DNA from: an uncultured delta proteobacterium
GTDB taxonomy: Bacteria; Desulfobacterota; Binatia; Binatales; Binataceae
Direction: 5' to 3'
Assembly: GCA_963794325.1 (NCBI GenBank)
Contig: CAWCDG010000002.1
Coordinates: 416,001-480,000, forward strand
Length of the DNA stretch: 64,000 bases
Numbering within the stretch: the stretch's first letter is position 1; every line of letters starts with the position of its first letter. Of the stretch, positions 1-9,873 are shown in pieces. Below the pieces are notes generated by a model, which had not been told where the DNA came from, did no database searches, and worked only from the letters and a program-made list of their open reading frames with translations. The position numbers and the translations under genes were made by a program.

Positions 1-801
1 ATCTCGCGGCTCGCCGCACTCGATCTCACGACGCTGCTGGTTTACCGAATCGACTCGGTGGTGGACGGCGCACTGCCATTTTTGGCGTGGCAGTTCGACG
101 TCCTTTCTCCGCTGTGGCAGTTGATTGCGCCGGTGGCGATTGGGGTCGATGCGCTGACGAACATCGATTTGCTGATCGACGTCGACAACCTGATCGAATC
201 CGGCGGCCTGGTTACGGAGCTGACGCTGACCGAGGCGGCGCAGCGCGAACTGCTCAAGAACGCAATCGGGCTGCATCGATTTCGCGGTACGCCGTGGGCA
301 ATCAAGCAGGCGCTAGCATCGTTGGGATGGGAGCAGGTCGTTTTGCTCGAGGGTCAGACCAGCTGGGGCGGCGTCTCGTATCCGTCGAATCAGGGCTGGG
401 CGGTCTTTCGCGTCATCATTGATCTCGCCGTGGGACAGGGCGTCTCAATCGGCGCGTCGGCGACGGCGGCTGCGGCGGCGAATTTTTTTAAGCCGGCGCG
501 CGCGTGGCTCGATTCGGTATGGTTTGCAGTGCCGGGGATTTCCGACGTGGGGCCGAAGCCGTCGGACAAGCTGACGCTCGGCGGAATCGTGAAGTACCAA
601 CTCGACGCCGCGCCCGCGCCCAATGACAATGCGCTGGCTTTTGCGATTGCGACGGCATCGCTCACCGACCCGCACGGTCCGATTGTCCCCGCTTACGACG
701 GCCACTATCGGCATAGCGGGATCACTCACGGCGCCAATGAACCCGAAGTCGCGGACTCGGCGCTTATCCTTAACGGCGCGGCCGTTTTGCACGGAGGTTG
801 A
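1..801 (+). CDS. Phage tail/baseplate protein, P2 gpI-like (5' truncated by window edge)
   Basis: Frame +1 is open from base 1 (ISRLAALDLTTLLVYRIDSV...). Motifs LPFLAWQFDV and QRELLKNAIGLHRFRGTPWAIKQAL resemble Tail_P2_I proteins; C-terminal FKPARAWL. Confidence 0.8.
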   Translation: MSRLAALDLTTLLVYRIDSVVDGALPFLAWQFDVLSPLWQLIAPVAIGVDALTNIDLLIDVDNLIESGGLVTELTLTEAAQRELLKNAIGLHRFRGTPWAIKQALASLGWEQVVLLEGQTSWGGVSYPSNQGWAVFRVIIDLAVGQGVSIGASATAAAAANFFKPARAWLDSVWFAVPGISDVGPKPSDKLTLGGIVKYQLDAAPAPNDNALAFAIATASLTDPHGPIVPAYDGHYRHSGITHGANEPEVADSALILNGAAVLHGG

Positions 802-802
802 A

Positions 803-1267
803 ATGAGAAGGCCGATAGGAATCGTGCGGATACGAGTTGTCGAGCGCGGCCGCGTCGTCTGGCAACACGAGGGAACCAATCTTTTCGTGAACGCCGGGCG
901 GCCGGCGCTCGCGGCGCTGCTCGGTGGCGACACCGCGGGTGAATTTGCTGCGGCGGTGGGATTTGGTTCCGGCTCGGCAGCGCCGACGGTCACCGACACC
1001 GCGCTGACCGCGGCTGTGTATTACAAAGCGCTCGATGGTCACAGCGAGGACGGCAACGGCAGCTTGACGCTCAACTGGTCGCTGACGACGGCGGACACCG
1101 GCGCGCAGGGAATAACGATCCAGGAGTTGGCGATATTCGCGAATCATGGCAGCGCGATACTGCCGGGAACCGCCGCGCCGACCCCGATGCTCGCGCGCAA
1201 GACTATTGCACCAATAGTGTTTGGCGCGGGAATGAGTATTAGCGGTACGTGGACGCTTACTTTCTGA
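803..1267 (+). CDS. Phage tail-collar/fibre-associated protein
   Basis: ATG at 803 follows GGAGG and the upstream stop. NLFVNAGRPALAALLGG...VGFGSGSAAPTVTDTAL...IQELAIF resembles tail-collar fibre N-terminal domains. The ORF-track start at 623 is probably over-extended. Confidence 0.6.
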   Translation: MRRPIGIVRIRVVERGRVVWQHEGTNLFVNAGRPALAALLGGDTAGEFAAAVGFGSGSAAPTVTDTALTAAVYYKALDGHSEDGNGSLTLNWSLTTADTGAQGITIQELAIFANHGSAILPGTAAPTPMLARKTIAPIVFGAGMSISGTWTLTF

Positions 1268-1275
1268 GGTAGTCA

Positions 1276-1836
1276 ATGGCTACACTAATCGACGCAGCCG
1301 AGTTCACCTCAAATGAGGTTTACCAGATACAAGCGACCGATCCGGTCGAAGGCGCCGCCACTGGAGCGAGTTTCAGCGGTACTGGAATTTCGAATCAACC
1401 GCATCAGCAACTGGCTAATCGCACCGCGTTCTTGAAGCAGCGCCAGGACGTCAATATCTCGAATATCGGCCTGTTGCAGGCCTTCATGGCGAACTTCGCC
1501 GGCGCGATGGGCGCCAACGGCTACCTGGCTATTCCGCTAGCCGACGTGAATCGCGGATCGATCGTCGCGATCGTCCAGTGGGGCGCGATGTTTCCGGGCG
1601 GCGGGCTCGACAACGACACAAGCTACACGGTGACCTGGCCGACTGCCTTTCCCAACGCATGCGTGTGGTCGAGCGCGACCTTGTCGAACTCTCGGGCGCT
1701 AAGGAATGCCGGCCAGTTGATAGTCGACATAGTCAGTTTCACGACGACCACGGGAACCTTCAGATCGGATCTTATCGGCGGCGTCGCAAGCCAGCTCCCC
1801 AACGATGGCTTCTACTGGATGGCGATTGGATTTTAG
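1276..1836 (+). CDS. Short tail fibre protein with gp53-like C-terminal domain
   Basis: N-terminal YQIQATDPVEG...SNQPHQQLANRTAFLK is typical of Mu/P2-type fibre attachment regions; C-terminal GYLAIP...IVQWG...VTWPTAFPNAC...FYWMAIGF; GAGG RBS. Confidence 0.75.
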   Translation: MATLIDAAEFTSNEVYQIQATDPVEGAATGASFSGTGISNQPHQQLANRTAFLKQRQDVNISNIGLLQAFMANFAGAMGANGYLAIPLADVNRGSIVAIVQWGAMFPGGGLDNDTSYTVTWPTAFPNACVWSSATLSNSRALRNAGQLIVDIVSFTTTTGTFRSDLIGGVASQLPNDGFYWMAIGF

Positions 1837-1857
1837 GAAATCGACGGGAGCCGGCGG

Positions 1858-4512
1858 ATGGAGATGAATGTGAGACAAAAGATTTCGCCGGCGATTTGGC
1901 GCGCGATGTTCGCCACGTTGATCCTGCTGGTAGTTAGTGACGGGGCAAATGCGCAGAATCTGCCGCCGCCCGGAGCTTATCAGCCGATTCCCAACTTCAC
2001 CGGGGTAGGTGCGGGATTGCAGTTCCGCGAAGCGATCAACCAGCGCTTCGCCGGCAACCAGCCGATCGCGCCTTCAATCGTCACCCCTACCTTCGTCAAC
2101 CTGCCGCCCGAGCAGGACGGGATGCTCCTCTTCTGCAAGGACTGCAAGAGCGCGACGCCGTGCGTAAGTGGCGGAGCGGGTGCTTTTGCTCTCGGCACTC
2201 GCGGACAGTGGGCGTGCGCGGGCGCGGCTCTGGAAGCCACTCTCAACGCAAACGGCAATAAGGTCTCGAACCTTGCGAGCGGCACCGTCAATGGAGACGC
2301 GGTCGCGTTTGGCCAGACTGGAGCGCAGCTCAACACGATTTCAGGCTCGAAGCTCGACGGCAGCGACGCTATCTCGAACGTCAGCGTCAACGGCGTCAAG
2401 AACGTGAGAGCATTCGGCGCGACTGGTTCGCTGGCGACCGCGTCGGCTACGACCATCGCCGGCAACGCAACGGTCACCGTCAATTCAATCGGGGATTTCA
2501 AAATCGGGAATTGGGTGAAGCTCGATCATGCGGGCGCCGCCTCGAACGCGAATGCTCCGACCGGCGTGACCGTGGTCCCGAACAGTTACGGGATGAATCC
2601 CAATCCGACCTCGGATATCACTAAAACTGTGGCGAACGGCGGCGGCTGTCAGGTCGATACCGCCACCACTAACAGCGCGCACAACACTGCGTGCAACGTT
2701 TCGTATACCTATCAGATTGTCGGAGTGAGCCAGGGCGGCGGATGGTCGGCGCCGACGGGCGCGGTATCGACCAGCGCGGGGCCGGCGACGCTGAGCACAA
2801 ACAATAACCTCCTGTTGAGTTGGACCGGCGCTGCCAACGACATCGCGTATCTGATCTATTCGTGCAGTGGCGCTTCATGCACGCCGAGCCTGCACGCGGT
2901 AGTGCCTCACGCCGGACCGCTGGGCGCCACGGCGGAATCCTATCGCGACTTCGGGCATGCGTTCGGCACCGATGAAGATTTCGGTACGGCGATCCGCTCG
3001 AGCAGCGCGGCGCAGGATCTGTTCGCGCAGATTACGGGCGTAAGCGGGACCAACGTGACTCTGTCGGTAGCGCCGGCGCAGACTGGATCGTCCACGATGC
3101 GCCACGATGACAGCGTGCCGATCAACGCGGCGATCAGTTCGATCTGCTCGCATAGCGCGACGACCGGCACAGTCGGCGGCATCGTCGAGTTCCCCGCGAC
3201 CTCGACTTACCCACTCGCCCAGTCGCTCAACCTCTACGGATGCTGGGGCGTCACGCTCTCAGTGACCGGCGCTCAGAACGGCGACGGCGGACGTCCGGTC
3301 GAACTCGAGTGGCACGGCGTCACCGGCGGCACCGTCATCAATATGAACAAGGCGGCCGACTCCCGAGTGGCGGGGCTGTCAGTCTCGGGAATCAATGGGA
3401 ATACGGCGGGCGTGATCCTCGACGTGGACAATTACCCGACCGGCGGAAGCGGTGACAATCTGGCGACGCAGAACGATACGTTCGAGCGGCTGGAACTCGG
3501 CCGGGCGGGCATCGGCATTCGCGTCGCGAATCGATCGGGCGCCAACGTCCAGGACCTGAGCTTTCGCGACGTGCAGATCTCGAATCCGTCGAACGGGCAG
3601 GGCGGCATGTGGGGCTACTTCTTCGGCGGCCTCGGCCAGACGTACAACGAAGAGATCCGCGGCGGCCTGATCGCCGGCCATGACGTCGCGATCGTCTCGG
3701 CATTCGTCGGACAACTCGAAATTTACGGCACCGACTTCGAGCAGAACAAAATCGAGGCATGGACTATCGATCGCTTCGGCGGCGGTGCCGACGGCAACAT
3801 GATGTTTTCCGGCGTGACCAGCGAGAGCGCTCAATATTTCATCTACGACAATTCGGGCAGCAACCCCTCGAACTTCATCGTCGATGCGAGCCGAATCGCG
3901 GACGCCCCGGGACCGAACGGATACGTGATGCAGTTGAGCCGGCCAATCGCAATCAAAAGTTCATGGGTTTGCAGCGGCGGGACTACGGTTTGCGGAATCA
4001 GCAACGGCAACGCGCCGAGTCCAAACCCGATTTTTTCGATGCAGAGCAATTACGGCGACGCGATCCCGTTTCGCAACGGCGACGGCAGCAACTCGCCCGA
4101 CACGGTGCTCTTCACTGAGTTTACCGATTTGGTTGCAGCCGGCGCCGTTCGAATCGGCTACTTGAGCCATACACCGAACATCGAAGCATGCTCGAACGCC
4201 GGCGCGGTCTCGACCAGCACCACGCTCGTGTTCTCGACCAATTCGTGCCAGAAAATTTCCACCGCGACGACCGGACTCACCTATACGCTATCGACGACCG
4301 GGCTGGTCGCCGATCAAGTTGTGACCATCGAGTCCTACATCACCGGCGCAATTTCCGCGGGCCCTGTATTCGCGACCTCAAGCGGCGCAATCAAATGGAC
4401 CGGCGGTTCGGCGCCGACCTCGAGCATCGCCGGCGGCTACGTGGACGTGTTGAGACTGAAGTGGGACGGCGCCAACTGGCTCGAGCTCAGCCGCAGCATC
4501 GGCGACCATTGA
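1858..4512 (+). CDS. Tailspike-like right-handed beta-helix protein with apparent signal peptide
   Basis: NVRAFGATG...HDDSVPINAAI...GGIVEFP resembles a pectate_lyase_3-type beta-helix start. Also an FN3-like insert, a fibre-like C-terminus (IKWTGGSAPT...DVLRLKWDGANW), and a hydrophobic N-terminus ending ANA-Q. Confidence 0.6.
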   Translation: MEMNVRQKISPAIWRAMFATLILLVVSDGANAQNLPPPGAYQPIPNFTGVGAGLQFREAINQRFAGNQPIAPSIVTPTFVNLPPEQDGMLLFCKDCKSATPCVSGGAGAFALGTRGQWACAGAALEATLNANGNKVSNLASGTVNGDAVAFGQTGAQLNTISGSKLDGSDAISNVSVNGVKNVRAFGATGSLATASATTIAGNATVTVNSIGDFKIGNWVKLDHAGAASNANAPTGVTVVPNSYGMNPNPTSDITKTVANGGGCQVDTATTNSAHNTACNVSYTYQIVGVSQGGGWSAPTGAVSTSAGPATLSTNNNLLLSWTGAANDIAYLIYSCSGASCTPSLHAVVPHAGPLGATAESYRDFGHAFGTDEDFGTAIRSSSAAQDLFAQITGVSGTNVTLSVAPAQTGSSTMRHDDSVPINAAISSICSHSATTGTVGGIVEFPATSTYPLAQSLNLYGCWGVTLSVTGAQNGDGGRPVELEWHGVTGGTVINMNKAADSRVAGLSVSGINGNTAGVILDVDNYPTGGSGDNLATQNDTFERLELGRAGIGIRVANRSGANVQDLSFRDVQISNPSNGQGGMWGYFFGGLGQTYNEEIRGGLIAGHDVAIVSAFVGQLEIYGTDFEQNKIEAWTIDRFGGGADGNMMFSGVTSESAQYFIYDNSGSNPSNFIVDASRIADAPGPNGYVMQLSRPIAIKSSWVCSGGTTVCGISNGNAPSPNPIFSMQSNYGDAIPFRNGDGSNSPDTVLFTEFTDLVAAGAVRIGYLSHTPNIEACSNAGAVSTSTTLVFSTNSCQKISTATTGLTYTLSTTGLVADQVVTIESYITGAISAGPVFATSSGAIKWTGGSAPTSSIAGGYVDVLRLKWDGANWLELSRSIGDH

Positions 4513-4518
4513 TCGGCG

Positions 4519-5968
4519 TCAACCGAGACGCTCGATAATTTGTTCCATCGCGATTCCGCGTGAACCTTTGACCAGCAGAACGTCGCCCGGATGGATCAAT
4601 CCGGCGACTATTTTTGCGGCGGCGACACTGTCGGGCGATGTGAGGACGTCGATCGCGTTTGTATCGCGAAAGACGACTTCGCGCGCGTGATTCATTTCGG
4701 GGCCGACGGCGACGAATGCGGCCGGACGCGCTCGCATCACGTCGCGAATGGCGTCCTGATGGGCCGCGGCCGACTGTTCGCCCAACTCGAGCATATCGCC
4801 CATCGCAATCACCAGGCGGGCGCCGAGACCGTCGGCGACCTCGCGCGCGGCTGCGAGCGCGGCGCGAATCGAGCGCGGATTCGAGTTGTAACTGTCATCG
4901 ATTACGAAGATGCCGTTGATCGAAGTGCTGGCGAGCCGGCCCGCGACCGGCTGGACGCCGGCGAGAGCGTGGGCGATCGCGGCGAGCTCGTGCGATTCGA
5001 GCGGCGCGGCGCGCATCGCGGCACCCCCGGCGATAGCGGCGGTGCAGTTGATCGCGGCGGCCTCTCCCAGCAGCGCAATTTCAGTTTCGATGAGAGGCGC
5101 GACTCCCTCTGCTACCAGGGCGCGATCGATTTCGATGCGAATACGCGAGCGGGTGCCGGCGCTTCGACCGATCAGCCGAACGTGAGCGTCAGGCGACTTG
5201 CCAAATGTGATTCGATTGAGATGTTTCGGAATCCGCGAGAGCACCATCGGTTCATCGGCGGACGCGACCGCATACTGTCGCGAGGTCGAGAACAGCGCGG
5301 CTTCTTCATCGGCGATATCGTCAAGCGTGCCCAGACCCTCGCTGTGCTCCAGATCGACGTTGAGGACCATCGCGACGTCCGGCTTGACGATCTGTGCAAG
5401 CTTTGGAATTTCGCCGCGCGTATTGGTGCCGCATTCGAGCACGGCCGCGCGATGCTCGCCGGTGAGCGTGAAAATGGTCATCGGCACGCCGATCAGATTG
5501 TTCAGGTTGCCGAACGTAGAGAGCGTCGATCCGAACAGCGCGCGAACCACCGCGGCAGTGAGTTCCTTGGTCGTGGTCTTTCCGACCGCCCCGCCGATCG
5601 CGATGAGCGGAAGGGCGCGGGCCGCGCGCGTGCGTGCCAGATGATGGTGCGCGAGCTGTCCCAGCGCGGTGAGAGTGTCGGCAACCTCGATGCAATCGAG
5701 GCCCGCATGACTTTGAGCACGCGTGACAATCGCCGCTACCGCTCCGCGCGCGGCCGCCTGCGTGAGATAGTCATGGCCATCGGACCCACTGCCTCGCAGT
5801 GCGACAAATATCGCGCCAGGCCTCGATCGATCGTGTATCGATGCTGACGCCGCGGATCCGATCACTGGCCGAGATAGTCGAGGTGCTGCTGACGACAGTG
5901 CCGCCGGTCGCCTCGACAACTCCGGCACGCGTGAACTCGCACTCATTGATCGGAATCGCCGTAGCCAT
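4519..5968 (-). CDS. murF: UDP-N-acetylmuramoyl-tripeptide--D-Ala-D-Ala ligase (one +1 frameshift near 5822)
   Basis: N-terminus MATAIP...GVSIDTRSIE (ORF 5771-5968) continues in another frame as PGAIFVALRG..DGHDY, GAVGKTTTKE, GNLNNLIGVP, DDSYNSNP, GDMLELG, LVKGSRG. Confidence 0.9.
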
Positions 5969-5988
5969 CGCGAATACATTGTGCCGAA

Positions 5989-8265
5989 TTGTCCGACCCG
6001 CTCATACCGTCCTCGCCGATCGCCGCCGCACCTGTTGATGCGCGCGAGGGTCGCCAACTGGACGCCGCCTCCGTCGCGCGTAATCCTGTTGCCGTGGCCC
6101 AAGCGCAGAAAGCGACCGAGACGATCGAGGGCATCCTCGATCAGGTCCTGTTCGCCAACGACAAGACCGGCTACTCGGTCGCGGTCGTCGTCATCCCGAA
6201 TGAGCATGGCGACTTTCGCCGCGTCACAGTCGTCGGCAATCTCGCCGGTCTCGAAGTCGGCTCGACCATCCGCGCGCTGGGCGGCTTCGAAAATCATCCA
6301 CGCTTCGGCGAGCAGTTCCATGTCGTCGATTTCGAAACGCTGCGCCCCGCCGGAGCCGTCGCGATCGAACGCTACCTCGCTTCGGAGATCAAAGGGATTG
6401 GCCGCAGGCTCGCGCGGCGAATTGCCGAGCACTTTGGCGACACGCTGGGCGAAGTACTGGACAACGCGCCCGAACGGATGCGCGAGGTGCCCGGCATCGG
6501 CGGCGCGGTCGCGCGCACCATCGCCGCCGCATGGCGCGACGCATCTGGCCTCCGCGAGCTGACCGTCTTTCTGCGCGGTCACGGCCTCGCCGCGACCCAC
6601 GCGCGGCGTATCCATAAGTTCTACGGCAAGGACGCGCTCGAGGTCGTGAAGCGCGATCCGTACGTGCTCGCGCGCACCATTCACGGCATCGGATTTCGCA
6701 CCGCCGACGCTATCGCGGAAAAACTCGGCATCCCGCGCAACTCTATCCAGCGCGCGCGCGCCGCCGTCCTCTACATCCTCGAACGCATGTCCGATGAGGG
6801 CCACGTCTATTCGCCGTTCGAGTATCTCGAAGGCCAGTTTCGCACCGCGCTCGACATGGACCCCGACCTCGCCCACGACGCCGTCAACGAGCTCGCCGCC
6901 AGCGGTGAGGTGATTGCCGAAGAAGCCGACGATCACATCGCGATTTATCTGGCCCGCCTGCACGAGGCCGAGGTCAACGTTGCCAAGCGAATCGCGGAAC
7001 TGAACGCAGGCCGCGCGATGAACAAGGACGTGATCGATCGCGCCGTCGCGGCCGCCATCAAATCATCCGAGTTGGAACTCTCAGCCGAGCAAAAGAGCGC
7101 ACTGCGATGCGCGCTGGCCAGCCGCGTCACCGTAATCACCGGCGGTCCCGGTACCGGAAAGACCACCTTGCTGCGCTCGCTGCTGGTTGCGCTCGCCGAC
7201 GTCGGTTTGAAGCCTACGCTCGCCGCGCCGACCGGACGCGCGGCTCGCCGGCTCCAGGACGCCGCGGGGCGCGACGCGAAGACGATTCACCGGCTGCTCG
7301 AATACGCTCCCGAGAGCGGCGGCTTTCTCCGCAACAAGAATTTTCCGCTGCGCACCAACTATCTGATCATCGACGAGGCCTCGATGATGGACGTCGAGCT
7401 CGCCTCGAGCCTGCTCTCCGCGCTGATGCCGAACTGTTCGCTGTTGCTGGTCGGCGATCGCGATCAGCTTCCGTCGGTCGGTCCCGGCAGCGTGCTCAAG
7501 GACGTGATCGCGTCGGACTTCGTCCCGGTCGTGCAGTTGAAGGAAGTCTATCGGCAGGCGCGCCGCAGCTTGATCGTCGCCAACGCGCATCGCCTGAATC
7601 GCGGCGAGTTCCCGCAGCTTTCCAACGACGCCGAAGGCGATTTTTTTTTCTTCGAGCGCAACGCTGCCGAGGACGTGCTCGCCACCATCAAACAACTCGT
7701 GCAGCAACGGCTGATCGGGCGCTTCGGAATCAACGACCCCCGCGAAATCCAGGTGCTGACTCCGATGAACCGCGGCCCACTCGGCACCCATCTTCTGAAT
7801 CGCGAGCTGCAAGCATTGCTGAATCCATCGGGTCGCGAACTTCGCTCCGGCGACCGGACGTTTCGAGAGGGAGATCGCGTCATCCAATTGCGCAACAATT
7901 ACGACAAGGCCGTTTTCAACGGCTCGATCGGCCGGATCGTCGCAATCAATTCTGAAAAAGCGCGCGTGAGCGTCACGTTCGAAGAGACTCACGCTGAGTA
8001 TGATCTGTCCGAACTAGACGAACTGGCCCTCGCCTACGCGATCTCGGTGCACAAGAGCCAGGGGAGCCAGTATCCCGCGATCGTGATGCCGATACATTCG
8101 AGCCACTACCTGATGCTCCGCCGCAACCTGCTCTACACCGCAATCACACGCGCCGAGCGGGTATGCGTGCTGGTCGGAACGAAGAGCGCGCTGCAGCAGG
8201 CGGTGCGCAATCAGGACGAGCGCCTGCGGTTCTCGCGCTTGGCCGCCCGATTGCACGTGGACTGA
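5989..8265 (+). CDS. recD2: ATP-dependent RecD2-like SF1B DNA helicase
   Basis: HhH repeats (IKGIGRRLA, VPGIG), Walker A GGPGTGKT, DEASM, LVGDRDQLPSVGPG, AYAISVHKSQGSQY, LLYTAITRA. Start position uncertain. Confidence 0.92.
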   Translation: MSDPLIPSSPIAAAPVDAREGRQLDAASVARNPVAVAQAQKATETIEGILDQVLFANDKTGYSVAVVVIPNEHGDFRRVTVVGNLAGLEVGSTIRALGGFENHPRFGEQFHVVDFETLRPAGAVAIERYLASEIKGIGRRLARRIAEHFGDTLGEVLDNAPERMREVPGIGGAVARTIAAAWRDASGLRELTVFLRGHGLAATHARRIHKFYGKDALEVVKRDPYVLARTIHGIGFRTADAIAEKLGIPRNSIQRARAAVLYILERMSDEGHVYSPFEYLEGQFRTALDMDPDLAHDAVNELAASGEVIAEEADDHIAIYLARLHEAEVNVAKRIAELNAGRAMNKDVIDRAVAAAIKSSELELSAEQKSALRCALASRVTVITGGPGTGKTTLLRSLLVALADVGLKPTLAAPTGRAARRLQDAAGRDAKTIHRLLEYAPESGGFLRNKNFPLRTNYLIIDEASMMDVELASSLLSALMPNCSLLLVGDRDQLPSVGPGSVLKDVIASDFVPVVQLKEVYRQARRSLIVANAHRLNRGEFPQLSNDAEGDFFFFERNAAEDVLATIKQLVQQRLIGRFGINDPREIQVLTPMNRGPLGTHLLNRELQALLNPSGRELRSGDRTFREGDRVIQLRNNYDKAVFNGSIGRIVAINSEKARVSVTFEETHAEYDLSELDELALAYAISVHKSQGSQYPAIVMPIHSSHYLMLRRNLLYTAITRAERVCVLVGTKSALQQAVRNQDERLRFSRLAARLHVD

Positions 8266-8269
8266 TAAA

Positions 8270-8914
8270 TCAGTGGTGTCCCATCAGACGGACGATCGCG
8301 AACACAATGACCCCGACAGTGAGCAGTACGATAAGCGGCGGTATCAGAACCGCAGCCAGCGCGCGCCACGCGGAGAATCGATGCACCTCGCCGATACACT
8401 TCAGCGAGACGAAGAATCCCCACACCGCGAGCACACCCTCGACCACCATAACTTTGTAAAATGCGGGATCGATCGCCGGCATCGTTCCCGGCGTCGTTGG
8501 AACCGGTATCGGGATGCCCATCAGGACTGCGAGCAACAGGACAGTCGCGGCGGCGATTCCGGGCACTTGCGACCAGGCTATCGCGGCGCGCATTTCGACT
8601 CGGCTCGCGACGCCGCCGAGCAGGCTCCCCGACCATTTGAAGACCGCGCCAAAGATGAAAAGAAACAGAACTCCGAGCGCTGCTCGAAATGCGACGCTTA
8701 CCGCGACCCAGAGCGGCCACAGCACCGACAGATTCGCGTTAGTGCCAAGCGCCTTCGACCATTGCTCCGCCAACGCGCTAATCGCCGGACCGACCGCAAC
8801 CAGTATGATTACATTGCGCGTCGGATCGGTATCGACGATTCGCCGCATCGTCGCGCGCGGCTCCGTCCATATCGTAAAGAAAGGTGTGATTGAGTTGCCG
8901 GTCCCGTCGGCCAT
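8270..8914 (-). CDS. Yip1-family membrane protein
   Basis: PFFTIWTEPRATMRRI N-terminus, about five TM segments, EVHRFSAWRAL motif. Confidence 0.75.
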   Translation of the reverse strand: MADGTGNSITPFFTIWTEPRATMRRIVDTDPTRNVIILVAVGPAISALAEQWSKALGTNANLSVLWPLWVAVSVAFRAALGVLFLFIFGAVFKWSGSLLGGVASRVEMRAAIAWSQVPGIAAATVLLLAVLMGIPIPVPTTPGTMPAIDPAFYKVMVVEGVLAVWGFFVSLKCIGEVHRFSAWRALAAVLIPPLIVLLTVGVIVFAIVRLMGHH

Positions 8915-9014
8915 GGAAGCTGTCTCGCTGCGACTCTCGCCACGCTAGCATCTTGGGCGCATCGCGCAACAGCGCGATTGACTCAGATTCGCGATGCGAA
9001 CTACGATCGCGAAG

Positions 9015-9323
9015 ATGAAACGCCTCAACTCGATTCTTCTGGCCGCGTTGCTTGCGGGATCCGTGCACGCTTACGGATGCGTCTTCGTCCAATCGAGTGC
9101 GATCGCCGATCGTGCGGGCGCCGGCAATCCGATCACCGCGAATGCGAGCGACCTCGGATACCTTCACCTGATCGCGCCGCAAGGACTGACCCAGACCGCG
9201 CTTTCGAATCTGCTGAGCAGCTGCGCCACCGGCAAAGTGTCGGGCGTGACGACCGAGCTTCAGATGCGAGATTTCTTTCTGGTCCAGTCGTACAACGTGT
9301 CAGTCAGCGGCACCTGCAGCTAG
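9015..9323 (+). CDS. Small exported protein/lipoprotein, unknown function
   Basis: MKRLNSILLAALLAGSVHAYGC signal/lipobox-like start; two further Cys. Confidence 0.55.
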   Translation: MKRLNSILLAALLAGSVHAYGCVFVQSSAIADRAGAGNPITANASDLGYLHLIAPQGLTQTALSNLLSSCATGKVSGVTTELQMRDFFLVQSYNVSVSGTCS

Positions 9324-9820
9324 CGGATCTTGACGGCGGGCTTTTCCGACGGTGGCCGGCTGCGCTTGCCGCGCACCGGCCGCAGCGCACGAAGAAAACT
9401 CATCACTGCCTCAGCCTCCGATCGCACCGCATCGGGATCGTGACCGGCTTGCTCCAGCGCTTGCTCGACGTCCGCAATAGTCTTTGCCCAATCGTTCTTG
9501 TACTTGCGATTCAGCTCCTTCCACGCCACGCCCGCCAGCGCGTCCGTGACATTCGCCGGCGGACGATAAAATCCACGCGCGATCAGCACCGCGATCGCCG
9601 GATAACCGACGTAGCCCTGCCAGTACGACGCGTTGTCGTTCGACGCGATCTCGCGCCCGTCGGCGGACGTCTCGACCTCATAAGTCTTCGCTCCGTCCGA
9701 CGAGGTTACCGTCGCCCGCCGCTCGTCCTCGATTCGCACCCGTCCGTCGCCAATCGCGCCGAGCGCCTCGTACACCTTGATCAGCGGCGGCATTTTCCAC
9801 TGCGATGCTGGCATAGCCAT
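9320..9820 (-). CDS. Hypothetical protein
   Basis: 166-aa ORF with normal composition (KVYEALGAIGDGRV...SNDNASYWQGYVGYPAIAVL); fills the gap between neighbours. Confidence 0.7.
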   Translation of the reverse strand: MAMPASQWKMPPLIKVYEALGAIGDGRVRIEDERRATVTSSDGAKTYEVETSADGREIASNDNASYWQGYVGYPAIAVLIARGFYRPPANVTDALAGVAWKELNRKYKNDWAKTIADVEQALEQAGHDPDAVRSEAEAVMSFLRALRPVRGKRSRPPSEKPAVKIR

Positions 9821-9873
9821 CTCTAATCGATCATATTCGACATCACGTCAATCAATCTGGAGACCATGAAAAA

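Noticed and set aside
4519-6963. 814-aa ORF suggesting MurF with a long N-terminal extension
   Set aside because: The extension is the antisense of recD2, joined through the murF frameshift. The real N-terminus is in the 5771-5968 frame.
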